Source of the DNA: Neocallimastix sp. 'constans'
Taxonomy: Eukaryota
Direction of reading: 5' to 3'
NCBI GenBank assembly: GCA_050613775.1
Contig: JBODTK010000012.1
Span: 310,001 to 374,000, forward strand
Length of the DNA stretch: 64,000 nt
In this document: in pieces, positions 1 through 13,741 of the stretch
How positions within the stretch are numbered: the stretch's first letter is position 1
Layout: every line of letters starts with the position of its first letter
Notes under the pieces: model-generated
What the model saw: the letters and a program-made list of their open reading frames with translations, nothing else
Databases searched by the model: none
What the model was told of the DNA's origin: nothing
Program-made: the position numbers and the translations under genes

Positions 1-363
1 ACTACGTTCACTCGTTTCTGATGAATTGTCATTTGTTGAAAATAAGTCACGGGAAGCAATTTTATTAGTTTTTTCTTTTTTAGCATCATCGGTAGTAAAC
101 AGATAATCCAAACTATTTTTATCATTTTCTTCTTTTTTAGCATCGGTAGAAAACAGATAATCTAAACTATTTTTATCAATTTCTTCTTTTTTAGCATCAT
201 CGGTAGTAAACAGATAATCCAAGCAATTTTTGTCGATAGCACCACGATTAACATCAAAAAAGTCATCAAGGTAATTTTGGTATTCATCCTCATCAATTAT
301 ATTTAATAAAGTGGAAGAACCTCCATCTTTATTAGTAAAACCACTATTTCTGGGAGAGTACAT
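1..363 (-). CDS. 5' part of a hypothetical protein with three internal ~17-18 aa repeats; runs off the window edge
   Basis: ATG at 363-361 and an open frame to base 1: MYSPRNSGFTNKDGGSSTLLNIIDEDEYQNYLDDFFDVNRGAIDKNCLDYLFTTDDAKKEEIDKNSLDYLFSTDAKKEENDKNSLDYLFTTDDAKKEKTNK... It is GC-richer than its flank. Confidence 0.75.
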   Translation of the reverse strand, partial: MYSPRNSGFTNKDGGSSTLLNIIDEDEYQNYLDDFFDVNRGAIDKNCLDYLFTTDDAKKEEIDKNSLDYLFSTDAKKEENDKNSLDYLFTTDDAKKEKTNKIASRDLFSTNDNSSETSERS

Positions 364-1275
364 TGTTTTTAGTTTTTTTGTTTTAATTGTAAATGTTTTT
401 TTCAATTTTTTCTTTTTATTATAATTATGATATAATAAATTATTCTTATAGAAAAAAAAAAAAATTATTAAAAAAATTTTTTTTCGTTGCAAATTTTTTC
501 TTTTTTTTATATTTTGAAACTAAAATAAAAATTTTAAGATAAGGTTTAATTAAAAATGAATTTAAAATAAAATAAAATTATTAATATGATATTTATTATA
601 CCTTACCTATCTTTATTTTGTTATAAATAAAATTTTTCAAAATGAAATTTAATTAAAATGAATTTGAAGCATTAATTCATTATTAATATGGTTATATCTT
701 TCCACTATAATTTTATTATTATTATTATTATTTTGTATTTTCAAAAAAAAATAAAAATGGATAATACATCAAACTAAAAAAAAAATTAAAGTTTAATATA
801 TTCCTTTGTTTAATTTAATTTAATTAAAAACCAAAAAAAAAAAAAAAAAAAAAAATTAAAGTTCTATATTAATTATTATAATAAAAAAAAAAGATAAAGG
901 TTTATATTTCATTTTAGTTTCAGTAGATATATTATTCAATTTTTTTATGATATAGTTTAATACATTATAATATATAATATTTAAAAAAGTAATTATTTTT
1001 ATATATAATTCTATTTATTTTAGAGTATATTTAATTTTATTGGTATTCTATACAAATAATAATATTTTAAAAAAAAATAAAAAAAAAAAAGAATTTTAAA
1101 ATTTCTATATTGATCTTTATTACTTTAAGATCAGAAATAGATTAAATCATATATCAAATTATAAGTAAAAAAATTTTTAAAGTTTAATTAATGGATTTTT
1201 TTTATTTAATTAATTTTTTTTTCAAAAAAAAAAAAAAAAGGTCATGCTAAAATGAAAGTATTATTTTATTTAAAT

Positions 1276-1310
<35 letters not shown>

Positions 1311-1559
1311 CAAATAATAATATATAATTTTAATTATAATAATTGATAGTAATTGATTTATAAATAAATATATATCTATGAAAAATTTAGTAGATTAATG
1401 ATACTTGCAAATTCATTAAACTATATTTATATGATTAGAAAAACGAGTCCTTATTACAATAAAATATTATGAAAATACTAAATAAAAAAAAAAAATAGAG
1501 AATATGTATAAATATATTTTTAATAAATAATTCATTTGTTGTTTAAAAAAAAAAGGATT

Positions 1560-2144
1560 AAAAACTCGTGAATAAACTTAAATAACACGTTTATCTAAAT
1601 AATAAGAATTATTAATAATTATTATCAAGTGAACGATTTCAAAATATAATTTTTAATTAATTTATTAAAAAGTTATAAAGAATATATTAAATTATTGAAT
1701 TATTGTTGTTATGATTTTCATTTTTTTTAAAAAAAAAAAAAGAAGAAAAAAAAAAGGTTTTTAAGTAAGGACAATAAGTTAATAAAATTAATTAAATATT
1801 AATAAAAATATAATAATTCTTTATATAGAAAAAAAATTATATATTAAAATAATATATATTTATTTTTTTTTTTAAAATAAAAAAAAAAAAAAAAACAGAA
1901 AATAAATTAAAAAATAAATAATTAAATGTTTTAATCATTCAAAATTTAAATGTATATATTTATATATAACGGGAATATTAATTATATTAGTATAGAGGTT
2001 GATATATATATTAACATTCAATTTTATATCAAATATATATATATATATATTTTTTTTATCAAGAATACCACAAAAAAAAATAATACTAATTAAAAATGAA
2101 AAATAATCAATATGAATAAAAACCCATAAAAGCAAAAAGCAAAA

Positions 2145-2178
<34 letters not shown>

Positions 2179-5100
2179 TAAACATCCATTTTAAAAACAT
2201 GAACGAATTGAAAAAAGTTAAGATTATTAAATATATATATATTTAAAATACATAAATATCTATCAGTTATTATTATTTATTTTATATTTTAAAAAAAATA
2301 TCTTTTATAAAAATAAAAGAATATTTTATAAAACTTATAAAGTAATATAAAAATTTCTATATAAAATATATATAATAAAAAAAAATATATATTTTTTTAC
2401 TTTCTCTAATTTTTAATTAATAATTAGATTCCACCATAGTAGATTATTAGATTAAACTTTACTAATAATATTAATAATTAAAAATTTTTAACTTTTTCAT
2501 GAAAGTTTAAAAAAAAAAATATAAATTAATAATTATAAAAAATAATATAATTTTATTAAATTATTATTATTATTATTAGCATATTTAACAATATTTAATT
2601 AATATCAATGAATTATATTATCATTCCTTTTCATCATTATTAGTTATAATTTTTATTGATAAAAATTTTGATATAATATCATTTCTCGGGATATTAGTAT
2701 TTAATATATACTATAAGGCTGTAACTAAATAATTTTTATATTTCAGAAAAAATATTATTGAAGTATATAATTCATCATATATAAATAATAATGTTTTATT
2801 TATATATTTATTATATGTATAAGTAAATATTTTAAACAAAGGTTATTATTATCATCATTATAATTTTTTATTATATTAAATATATTTAAATTTTCTAAAA
2901 AAAATATTAATTTATATTTATTATAAACTAAATAACAAGTTTATGTTATTCTTTGAATCAATCATATTAATAAATATTTTTTTTTTTTTTTTTTTTGAAA
3001 GGACAATAAATTAATAAAATTATTATACTCTTAATTAAAAAAAATTATTATTTACTATTTAATTAAAACTTTATATATTTGATATATTAGACGTGTTTTT
3101 TTTTTTTTTTTATATATATCATTATTGAGAAAGATAGAATTATTATCATTTAATTATATATTATTTGAATTTTTTATATGAATTACGCGCCTGAACTTTA
3201 ATAAAAATATAATTAATTAAAAAAAATATTAAATAAAAAAAAATAAAAAAAAAAATTGATAATATATAATAAAAGAAAATGAATATGAATATGAATAAAA
3301 TTTCATAAAAAATATTTAATATCTTTTAAAAAGTATTATAAAAATGAATTAAAATATAAAATAAAATTATTAAATAATTTGAAAAAAAAAAAAAAAAAAA
3401 ACGCGTAAATCACTGTTTGTAAGTTAATAAAAGTATTAATCTTATATTTTAATATAATTACTTTCTTTTAATGGTTTTAAAGAATTACCAATGGTAAGTA
3501 AAAAAAAAAAAATTTAACACTATTGAAATAATATAAAGGTTCCAAAAAAAAAAAAAAAAAAGGAAAAATTATAGAAACACGAATTTAATCTTTAATTAAA
3601 AAAAAAAAAAAAAAAAAGATTTACTTTCATTTATTTTTAATTAAATATCAGGTTCCTCCATAGTAGATCATTAGATTAACTTTAATAACTCTATTAATAA
3701 TTAAAAATTTTAAACTTCTTCATGAAATTTTATTTTTTAAAAAAAAAAAAAAAAAAAAATAAAAATAAAAATATTAATTAAAAATCTAAGAATTAATATA
3801 ATATTATTGAATTATTATTGTTAGCTTATTAAATAATATTTTCGAAATTAAATTGCAATATTATTCTTTTGATTGTTAGAAGTTATCGAAAACACGTAAA
3901 ATTTTTATACTTATTAAACCATCTATAAATATAAATTATTTATTAATAACGAGCATATTACTTAAAAATAACACAATATTTATAATTTATTTTATCTATG
4001 ATGTTATTATTTATTAAAAAAACGCGTGTAGTAACCTAAATTAATTACACATGGATAAAGACAGAATGTGATGAAAGATTTTAATAAATAATTTTTTATA
4101 ATTGTCAAACAGTAAATTATAATAATTGGAAGGATTAATTAATAAATTGGGTATTTATAATGTGTATCTAATGAATTATTATAATGATTTTCTCATTTAT
4201 AGAAATTAAAATAATTTTTTTTAATATTCCTTTCAAAAAAGAACGAAGAATTATTAAAATTTATGAATAAAAAATTATTAGAAATAATTTTTTATGTTTT
4301 TTTTTTTAATTTTTATTTTTATTTTTTTTGTTGAACAAAAAATTAATTTGATATAAAATAATAATTTTAAATAATATTTTTAAATATTTAATGGTATTAA
4401 CATACGTTTATATATATTATATCAAAGTTAGTTATATAATTATTGAGATAGATTAGATACATATTATTGTTCAATTATAAATTAATTGATATTTTATTAG
4501 TTCATTATTTATAAACACGAAAAAAAATAATAAATAATAATAATAATAATAATAATTATAAAATTAAAAATTAATCAAAATATGAATAAAAATCCATAAA
4601 AAAAAAATACTAATTACTTAGTTTATTTTTAATTAATATTATTTAAGAATGGTTAAGAATTAAAATTAAAATTATCAAATTCAAAAAAAAAAAAAAGAAA
4701 AAAATAAATAAAAAAAAAACACGTAAATCTCAAATCTTTGTTACCATAAAGCAATTTTAAAAAAAAAATAAAATAAAATAAAATTTTGATTTTTTTTTTT
4801 TTTTTTTTTTTTTTTATTATTTAATTAAAATTTTTATATTTAAAAACTCTATAAATAATATAAAAATTTAAAAAAAAAAAAAAAAAAAAATTAAAATTTA
4901 GTTAAAAAAAAAAAGGGAAAAATTAAAATAAAAAAAGAAATAATCTAATCTATAAATTAAAAAAAAAAAAAAGGGAAAAATTAAAATAGAAATACAAATT
5001 AATCTAATCTATAAATTAAAAAAAAAAAAAAAAAATTTTTTTTCTTCCTTATTTTTAATTTATGTAAGTATCACACACTCATTAAAAAAAAATTATTAGG

Positions 5101-5330
5101 TAAACTTTAAAAATTTTAAAAATGAATTAATATTTTTAAACAAGTTTCCATGAAAACTAAAAATGAAACTACAAAAAAAAAAAAAAAAAAAAAAAAAGAA
5201 AATGAAAAAATGAATAAATAAAATATTCCTTAACTATTAAAAAAAAATATTATTAAAAAATTTATGTTTGTTTCATTAACTAATATTTCAGAAATCAAAA
5301 CTATTAAAGTAAAGTGACATCATATTTAAA

Positions 5331-5361
<31 letters not shown>

Positions 5362-6318
5362 TTTTAAAAAGAAAAAAAAAATATTATTATTATTAAAAGT
5401 CTATACCCAATTTTTTTAGAATTTTTTTTTATTATATTTTATTAATTGTTATTTTACATTTGATTTAAACCAAACATATAAATATTTTAAATTTTTTTTA
5501 TTTATAAATCTAATTAATAAGTATTTTTTTTTAAATGGGACAATAAATTAATAAACATATTTTCTTAATTTTAATTTTTTTTAAAAAAAAAAATACTTTT
5601 ATTAAGTAAAAAAGAATAATTCAAAACTCACAAATAAAATAAAAATTTTTAAATAAAAGAAAAAAAACATTTTATAAAAATATTAATAATATTAATAATA
5701 ATAATAATAATAATAAATATATTTATTTTTGAAATCGCGTGAATTAACTTAAATCACACGTGTATTCAAATAATAAAAATAAAAATTATTAATAATTCTC
5801 ATCAAAAACAATTTAAAAAAAAAATATATACTAAGTATTTCTATATATAATTAATTAATTAAAAAAAATTTTTTTTTTTTTTAATTAATAAGTACTGAAT
5901 TATTGTTACTATGGTAATTCATATTTTTTTTTAGGAAAGGACAACAAAAATAATAAACTTTTTAAGATATTAAAAAAAAATACATATCTATCTAATATAA
6001 TAAATAAGAATAATGTAAATAAGAATTTATTAAAATTAAATATTTATATGATTAAAAATAATATTCATTATCACAATATCATAAAATTTTACAAATATAT
6101 GATTAAACAATTTACTTAGTATTAAAAATAAATATTATTATTTGTTAAAATCGCAATGAATCAACTTTAATTAACATGTTGTATTCATATTAAAATAATG
6201 ATATTAGAATAGAGAATGTATAGTTTTAATATATCTTAATGAAGAGTTTTTAATTATAGCAGTTATTTACCACTTCCCCGAAGGGTCAAGTACCTACTTT
6301 TAAATGGTTAATTTCTTA

Positions 6319-6355
<37 letters not shown>

Positions 6356-6900
6356 AGTTGTCATTGTTACAATAAAGGAAACAGAACTGAATCTACAACC
6401 ATTTTTTTTTTACAGGTGTACTTTAGTGTAAATCACATTGAAATAAAATAAATATGAATAAAAAATCCGAAAAAAAAAAAAAAAAAAAAAAATTTTTTTT
6501 TTTTTAATTACATTAATTATTATTTAAAATGATTTTATCATGAAAATGAATTGAAATATATATAAAAATTTTAATTATTAAGTAAAAGATAAAAAAAAAG
6601 AAACATGTAAATCTCAAATTCTCTTTTTAATTTAAATACCTTTACTAAATTTTTAAATTTTAATTTGATTTTTTTTGTTTTTTTTCATTTTAGAAATTAC
6701 CAATTAATAGTAAAATTCAATACTTATTGAATAATAGATATAAATATAAAAAGTATAATTTTAAATATTAATTTACAAAAAAAAAAAAAAAAAGATAAAA
6801 TTAAAATTAAAAAATATACATTATATATGATTTGTAATTAATAATTAGGTTCTCAACTTAAAAAATATATATATGAATTAATAAATGATTGTTTTCATGA
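1560..6900. repeat. Diverged tandem repeat array, about 4 units of ~1.2-1.9 kb
   Basis: Recurring anchors: GGACAA(T/C)AA at 1769, 3001, 5538, 5939; AATATGAATAAAA at ~2109, ~3289, ~4579, ~6451; CCATAGTAGAT..TTAGATTAA at ~2434, ~3657; AC(G/A)(C/T)GTAAATC at 3401, ~4719, ~6603; TT(T/C)CATGAAA at ~2495, ~3718, ~5146, ~6893. Confidence 0.65.
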
Positions 6901-7360
6901 AAAAAAAAAAAAAAAAAACATAGACTTGCACATATGGGTACCCATCTCCCATATGGCCATACAGTTATTAATTAACTGTAAGGTGATGAGTTATTGGCAT
7001 ACTGTATCAGCTTCGCCGCTCTCAATCGTCGTTACACACTGCCCGGAGATGCATTCCTAACGTTCCTACATATATCTCTAATGACCACGAGCATCAGAAC
7101 GGAACCATTAACTCCTCCCTAGTGGGTGTAATCATTGGCGATTGGAAATTTTACAATCATCAAGGTCTATGCTTCAATTCAAAGCGTAGTATCAGGGATG
7201 GGTGAAATAATCATTTGAGGGAAAGCCTTATGGACATCACGTGTGGTCTCATGATATCCCAGGATAGAAACCTCATCCGATTATTTGGTGCCATGCCGAG
7301 GATTCGAACCCCGCCCTCTACAGTGACCTGTATCGTCCTAACCGACTGGACCAACATGGC
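6900..7360 (-). mobile_element. tRNA-derived SINE-like element, copy 1 (poly(T) tail on the element strand)
   Basis: Reverse complement of 60771-61212, with about 3 substitutions seen by eye. tRNA-like head at 7286-7360. Flanking direct repeat TG+A14 at 6898-6913 and 7361-7376. Confidence 0.9.
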
Positions 7361-7770
7361 TGAAAAAAAAAAAAAATTAATATAATTATTTTTTTTTAAG
7401 TATTACATCAATAGTATAATATTCTTAAATAATATAGTATTTCAGTATCTATTGTATGGATGATAGAAAATTAATATTTTTTATATTTTTTTAATATAAA
7501 AAAAATTTTTTTTTTTTTTGTATTTATAATAGGATAATTAGTAAATTGAAATCATTAAAATCCATAATAAGCAATTTTTTTTTTAAAATTTTTTATTTCT
7601 ATTTTGTTTTAAAATAAAAATTAAACATTAAATTTAAATTTTTTTTTTCTTTTTTTTTTTTTTATTTTTATTTTTTCTTTAAAAATTTAAATCCTTTGTA
7701 ATATGTTCAATTTATATAATTTAAATGAATTATAAAGGTTTCTTTATTATTAATTTAACACCTATACCAC

Positions 7771-7801
<31 letters not shown>

Positions 7802-7859
7802 TTAAATTAAATTAAAATAAATATAAATATAAATATAAATATAAATAAAAAAATAATAA

Positions 7860-8218
7860 TTATTTAGTTTTCTTTTTATAATGCAAAGGAGATCTATTTT
7901 TTTTTTTACTTTTCATTGTTTTTTTTATTATTTTTTGAGTGTTCTATAATCTAGGATCTTTTATTTTCAATTCGTGCTAATAATTCTCTGAAAAGTCTAT
8001 TGATATATTTTAGGTATTTCTATATCAATTTTTTGATGTATCTTTTTATATCAAATTCTTTTTTACATAAAATACAATAATTAATAATTTAATTATTTCC
8101 AATATCATTATTATTATTATAAAATTAATTGCTTGTATGAGTGAACAAGGGTCATCTTAAATCAAAATAATAATATTTTTATTGGTGTAGTCTATTAATA
8201 ATTCGATAATTTCAATAC

Positions 8219-8303
<85 letters not shown>

Positions 8304-9266
8304 TAGCCATATTTCAATATATATATATATATATATTTTTTTTTTTTTATCATCTAATTTTCCAAGGTGTATTATATCATTTCCTATTGTAATTAGTACT
8401 ATTGAAATTTTGCGTTTTTGATAGGAAATTGATTATATTTAGATGATAAGAAAAAAGTACCTAGATTATATTTTTTTTTTAAATTTTATTTTTTTTATCC
8501 CATAAATTTTAATCTCGCCTTTTTTTTTCCTATCCATCAGAAGAGTCAATGAATGATACAGATCCTTATTTTTTTGGAAGTTCTCTACCACTGATAAGAT
8601 TTTTGTGAAAATTTTTTTTTTTTTAGAAAATAAAACTTTTTTTTGGGGGGTTAATGTATTAATCTATTTATGAAAGTATTCATAAGTTCCATATCCATCA
8701 AATTTTGGCAAATCGGACCATTCTGCATGACAAAACTTCATTAATTCATATTTGTGATTAACCAAGTAAAGATATATCATTTGTTACATCTTTACCAGTA
8801 GCCGTATCGTAGAACCATGTAACATCATTTGTTATTTCATTATGATGATTAATATAATCAATAGATTTATTGTTTAAGTCATCAAAAATCACCACGAGTA
8901 CGTATACTTACTATTATTTTTAGAATAAACTCTAAAAAAAATATAAATTTCTTCATTATATTTTTATTTATTTATTATTATTTTTTTTTCTCTTTTTCTC
9001 TGATATATTAATGTTCCAGTCTCTTCAAAATCAAAGTTTTTATCATAATTATTGGCATTATCAGAGTAGTCTTCACTTCTAGTGTATTTTAAAGTACTTT
9101 TATTATTATTATTATTATTGTTTTTTTTTTTTTTTGAAGTTAAAGTTAAAATGACACTCTTTTTGGGTAGTATGTCCATTTCACATCACATAATGTGACA
9201 AATAGCAAATTAAAAAAAAAATTTTTTTTTTTTATTATTATTATTATCCTTCTTATATCTATTACT

Positions 9267-9306
<40 letters not shown>

Positions 9307-9800
9307 CTTTATATCTATTAAATTATTTAAGTCGGGGAATGGGCTTTTTTTTTTTGTTTATAATGACCTTGCTAAGGTAACTTAATTCATAATAGCTTTA
9401 ATTTATTTTTTTCCAAGTATTCACCTTTGAATTTATTGTTCAAATCAAATTGAACAAATATTTTTTTATATATATATAATCTTCCCAGGGAATGTAATAT
9501 AGGTATTTTAATTTCTCTTTTTTTTTTTTTTTTGTTTGTAAATACCTAATTCAATTTCTTCCTATTTTTGTGAAGATTTCTTTTTTTTTGTTTGGTCTAC
9601 CATTCTAATTCTAATTTCTTCTTTTTTTTTGTTTTTTATGTTTGGTCCACCATTCTAATTCTAATTTCTTTTTTTTTTTTTTTTTTAAGTTTTATTCTTT
9701 GGACTTTAAACTTCTAAGTCTTTTTAAGTCAGTACTTCATATCAGCATGGTTCTTTACCGTATTTTCCTTTTCTTTTAAGTCTTCTCCTAAAACAATAAC
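7860..9800 (-). pseudogene. Decayed protein-coding relic; the distal part is ankyrin-repeat-like
   Basis: Minus-strand peptide fragments interrupted by homopolymers and frameshifts: DDLNNKSIDYINHHNEITNDVTWFYDTATGKDVTNDISLLG, NHKYELMKFCHAEWSDLPKFDGYGTYEYFHK*, IVLITIGNDIIHLGKLDD, SIEIIELLIDYTNKNIIILI, RSPLHY. Confidence 0.45.
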
Positions 9801-10049
9801 TGTTACTCATCTCTTTTAAAAAAAATTTTTTTTTTTTCTTCGATATTTTTACTAATCATTAATATCAATGTTATAAATTATATAAATATCAAAGAATGCA
9901 AAAAAAAAAAAAAATTAAAATAAAAAATAATTAATAATAATAATTAACAATATATTCATTTTTTTAGTTATTTCAAAATCTTTTTTTTTTTTTGCCTATA
10001 GTCAATTCAGAATGAAGAATTATGTAAGAAAAAAAAAAAAATTTTTTTT

Positions 10050-10893
10050 TTTAATCCAAACGTGATCCATGGAAACTGTAGGTAGTTTACTGTCTCTAGT
10101 AAGAGGTACAAAACCGAATATTTTTTTTAATGCTACCAGTAAAAAGCCTCAAAAGAAGAATTAAAAAAAAAACCCTACATTAGGAAGACTTTTTAGTTAT
10201 CATTAAGGTTTTTTTTTTATTTTTTTTTTTTTTTTTTTTTTTTAGGATATTCCAAAAAAGGTACAAAAAAAAAAAAAAAATTAAAAAAAAAAAAAGAAAG
10301 TAAAAAAAAGATCCATCCCTGACCTTATCATCAAACATGAATGAATCGATGAACTTCAATTTTTACCAAAATAATAATATAAAATTTTAAAAATAGATTA
10401 AAAAAAAAAAAAAGAAAAAAAAATTTATGGACTTCAATTTACTAAATAATATAAAATCTTAAAAATAGAAAAAAAAAAAAAAAAAAAAATAGAAAAAAAA
10501 AAAAAAATAGAAAAAAAAAAAAAATAGAAAAAAAAAAAAATAGAAAAAAAAAAAAATAAAAAAAAAAAAAAAATTTATGGACTTCAATTTATCAAATAAT
10601 ATAAAATCTTTAAAATAGAAAAAAAAAAAAAAAAAAAAAAAAATTTATGGACTTCAATTTATCAAATAATATAAAATCTTTAAAATAGAAGAAAAAAAAA
10701 AAAAAAAAAAGGGATAATGTGAATGGATTGTTGATGTAGGTGGTGGTGGTGACCTAAAAAGAAATCAAACTAACCAACCAACAAAAAAAAAAAAAAATAA
10801 AAAAAAAAAAAAAAAAAAAAAAAAAAGATCCATCTCTGACCTTATCATCAAACATGAATGGATCGATGAACTTCAATTTATCAAATAATATAA

Positions 10894-10942
<49 letters not shown>

Positions 10943-11142
10943 ATGGACTTCAATTTATCAAATAATATAAAATCTTTAAAATAGAAAAAAAAAAAAAAAA
11001 AAAAAAAATTTATGGACTTCAATTTATCAAATAATATAAAATCTTTAAAATAGAAGAAAAAAAAAAAAAAAAGGGATAATGTGAATGGATTATTGATGTA
11101 GGTGGTGGTGGTGACCTAAAAAGAAATCAAACTAACCAACAA

Positions 11143-11182
<40 letters not shown>

Positions 11183-11460
11183 AAAAAAAAATAGAAAAAC
11201 AAAAAAATTGAGTTAAAAATTAAATTAAATTAAAATTTGAAAAAAAATTTACTTTGTGAGAGGGAGGGGGGAGAGGAGGAGGAGGAGAAGGAGCGAGGAG
11301 CGAGGAGCGATGATTTTAATGAACGAAATAATCTCAAAGTGAACTTTTTACCTTCTGAAATTCAAAATCAAAAAAAAAAAGGAATTATTCAACTAAAGAG
11401 AGAAAAAAAAAATTTCAACTTATGAGGGAGGGAGCCTTGTTAGCAATTAGGTTTAATATT
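10050..11460 (+). mobile_element. Eroded 3' end of a Ty3/gypsy (chromovirus-like) LTR retrotransposon
   Basis: After collapsing slippage runs it reads TVGSL..., PYIG.F.VI (GPF/Y-like), DIPKK.K IHP..YH and DN.EWI.DVGDLKEIKL (chromodomain-like). A purine tract GAGGGAGGGAG at 11424-11434 is followed by TGTTAG (putative LTR start). Confidence 0.45.
10310..11145 (+). repeat. Nested local duplication: two large units, each with ~50-bp subunits separated by poly(A)
   Basis: GATCCATC(C/T)CTGACCTTATCATCAAACATGAATG at 10310 and 10828; GGGATAATGTGAATGGATT.TTGATGTAGGTGGTGGTGGTGACC at 10711 and 11072; AATTTATGGACTTCAATTTA.. occurs 5 times. Confidence 0.9.
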
Positions 11461-13692
11461 CTCTACCTTTAATATAAAATCATTAATTAATGATATATTT
11501 TTAGAAGTATTTTTATTAATATTTTTATAGTGTTTTTATTAATATTTTTATAGTATTATTATTAATATTTTTATAGTATTTTTATTAATATTTTTATAGT
11601 ATTTTTATAGTATTTTTTATGGTATTTTTATAATAATTTATTTTATGAAACAAAAATAATTTTAAAATAAACAAAAAAAAAAAAAAAAAATTTAATATTC
11701 AGTAAATAAGTGGATAAAGATGAATTTTGAATAATTTAGATTATATAGAAAAAAAAAATTGACAGAAAAGAAATTTAATAAAAAAGGTGTAAAAATTTAA
11801 TTAATTATTAATATATAGGTGATTTATTTTATGATAAATGATATGTTTATATGTAAAATAAATAAATATATTAAAATATGAATTAAAATAAAATAAATAA
11901 TTAAATAATCAAGTTTAATAAATATTAATAAATATTAGTAAGTAAATTAATAAATAAATAAATTAAATAAAACTTAATAAATATCAATAAATAAATAAAT
12001 TAAATGAACCTTAATAAATATCAAATAAATGAATAAATGAATAATAAATAAATAAATAATTAATTATTAATAAATAAATTAATAAAGAGTTATTTGGGTA
12101 AATATCAATTATTTAATAATTTATGTCTTAAAATAAGGGTAAATATACACACCATTTTACTTAATTTTTTACTTTATATATATATATATATATATAAAAT
12201 TATGTAAAATAAACACTACTTCTGAAGATAATAATGATAAATAATACTCAGAATATGAAACAATAGATGATACAAGACAAATCAATTATGATATATTTTA
12301 TTACGCATTAGTAACTATTAATCCATTAATACAATTACTAATAATAATGCTTTTAAAATAAAATATATATATATATATGTATATATAAAATTAGTAAATT
12401 AACAATAAATACCAATGATGACTATCAATAATAAAAAAAGAATAAAATACCTATTCATTAACCTTTAATAATAACAATAAAATAAAAAAAAAAAAAAAAA
12501 GTATTAATTATAAAATAGATAATTTTTTATCTAAAAAGTAAACTTATGAATATATAAATAAATAAATAAAAATATAATAAACCATATAAATAAAATAATT
12601 CATATAAATTGTTTATTATATTGATAATTATAATATGACAATTATAATATTAAAAATAAAGATCTAATGTTAGTATTCATTATTAATAACATTAATATTA
12701 ATATTAATATTAGTAATTATTGATATTGATAATAATAATAAATAGAATTGATAATAATAATAAATAATAAATATCAAATAAATTTATATTAAAATTAAAG
12801 ATGGATACTATCAATCCTTTAAAAAATATATATATATATATTAATTTTAATAATTTGAGATGAATTAAAAAAAAAAAAAAATACGAAGTAGTAATGAATA
12901 TTTATTTTCATATTTTAATGATGACTCTTAAAAATATTAATAATATTAATAGATTAAAAAAAATATTTTTATAAATTATTTTTTAATTATTTAAATATTA
13001 AAATTATTTTCCTAATAATTATTTAATTATGATTTAATTTAATATTAAAATTATTATTAAAATTATTATTAAAATTTTTATTTAAATTTATAAATTTATT
13101 ATTAAATATTATTAAATATTATTATTAAATATTATTAAATATTATAATTATTAAAATTATTATTAAAATTATTATAAAGTATTAATGTATTTCATTATAT
13201 TATATTATTTTTTTCAACTTTTTTTTTTCTTTCCCTTTATTTCATTTATTATGTAATTTCTTTTGTAACTTTTCTCCTATTTATTTCATAAAAATAGAAA
13301 AGAGAGAGACCTTAAAAGTATTTTATATTATATGCCTGACAATGTCTTCAAACTGGATCAGTTCGTAAAGAACCTTAACGCTAGAAAGTGGACCGTGAAG
13401 TCCAATATACAATTTTTTTTTTTTGTAGCGGCAATATTTCGAACTTTAATTTTATTTATTTTTTTTTTTTTATTAATGAATATTTTTTTTATGAAAAATC
13501 ACACAATTAATAAATATGAAATAAAAAAATAATAATAATAATAATAATAATAATATTCAAAATAAAGTGTATGAATAAATTCAGGAAGAAAAAAAAAAAA
13601 GTATAATTTTATAGTGAGAATATCATAAATAATTAAATAATTAAATAAACTCTTTTTATTATTTTTATTTTTATTATTATTATTATTATTAA

Positions 13693-13741
<49 letters not shown>

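Noticed and set aside
7286..7360. Functional tRNA gene (also at 60771-60845)
   Set aside because: The anticodon loop is only 4 nt, and the sequence is embedded in a repeated 442-bp element with TSDs.
10420..11060. CRISPR-like repeat/spacer pattern
   Set aside because: The spacers are poly(A), there are no cas genes, and the context is eukaryotic.
12200..12940. Possible second ankyrin-like relic on the plus strand
   Set aside because: Only faint fragments (KDGYY, IPIH) are visible, which cannot be distinguished from AT-rich noise by eye.
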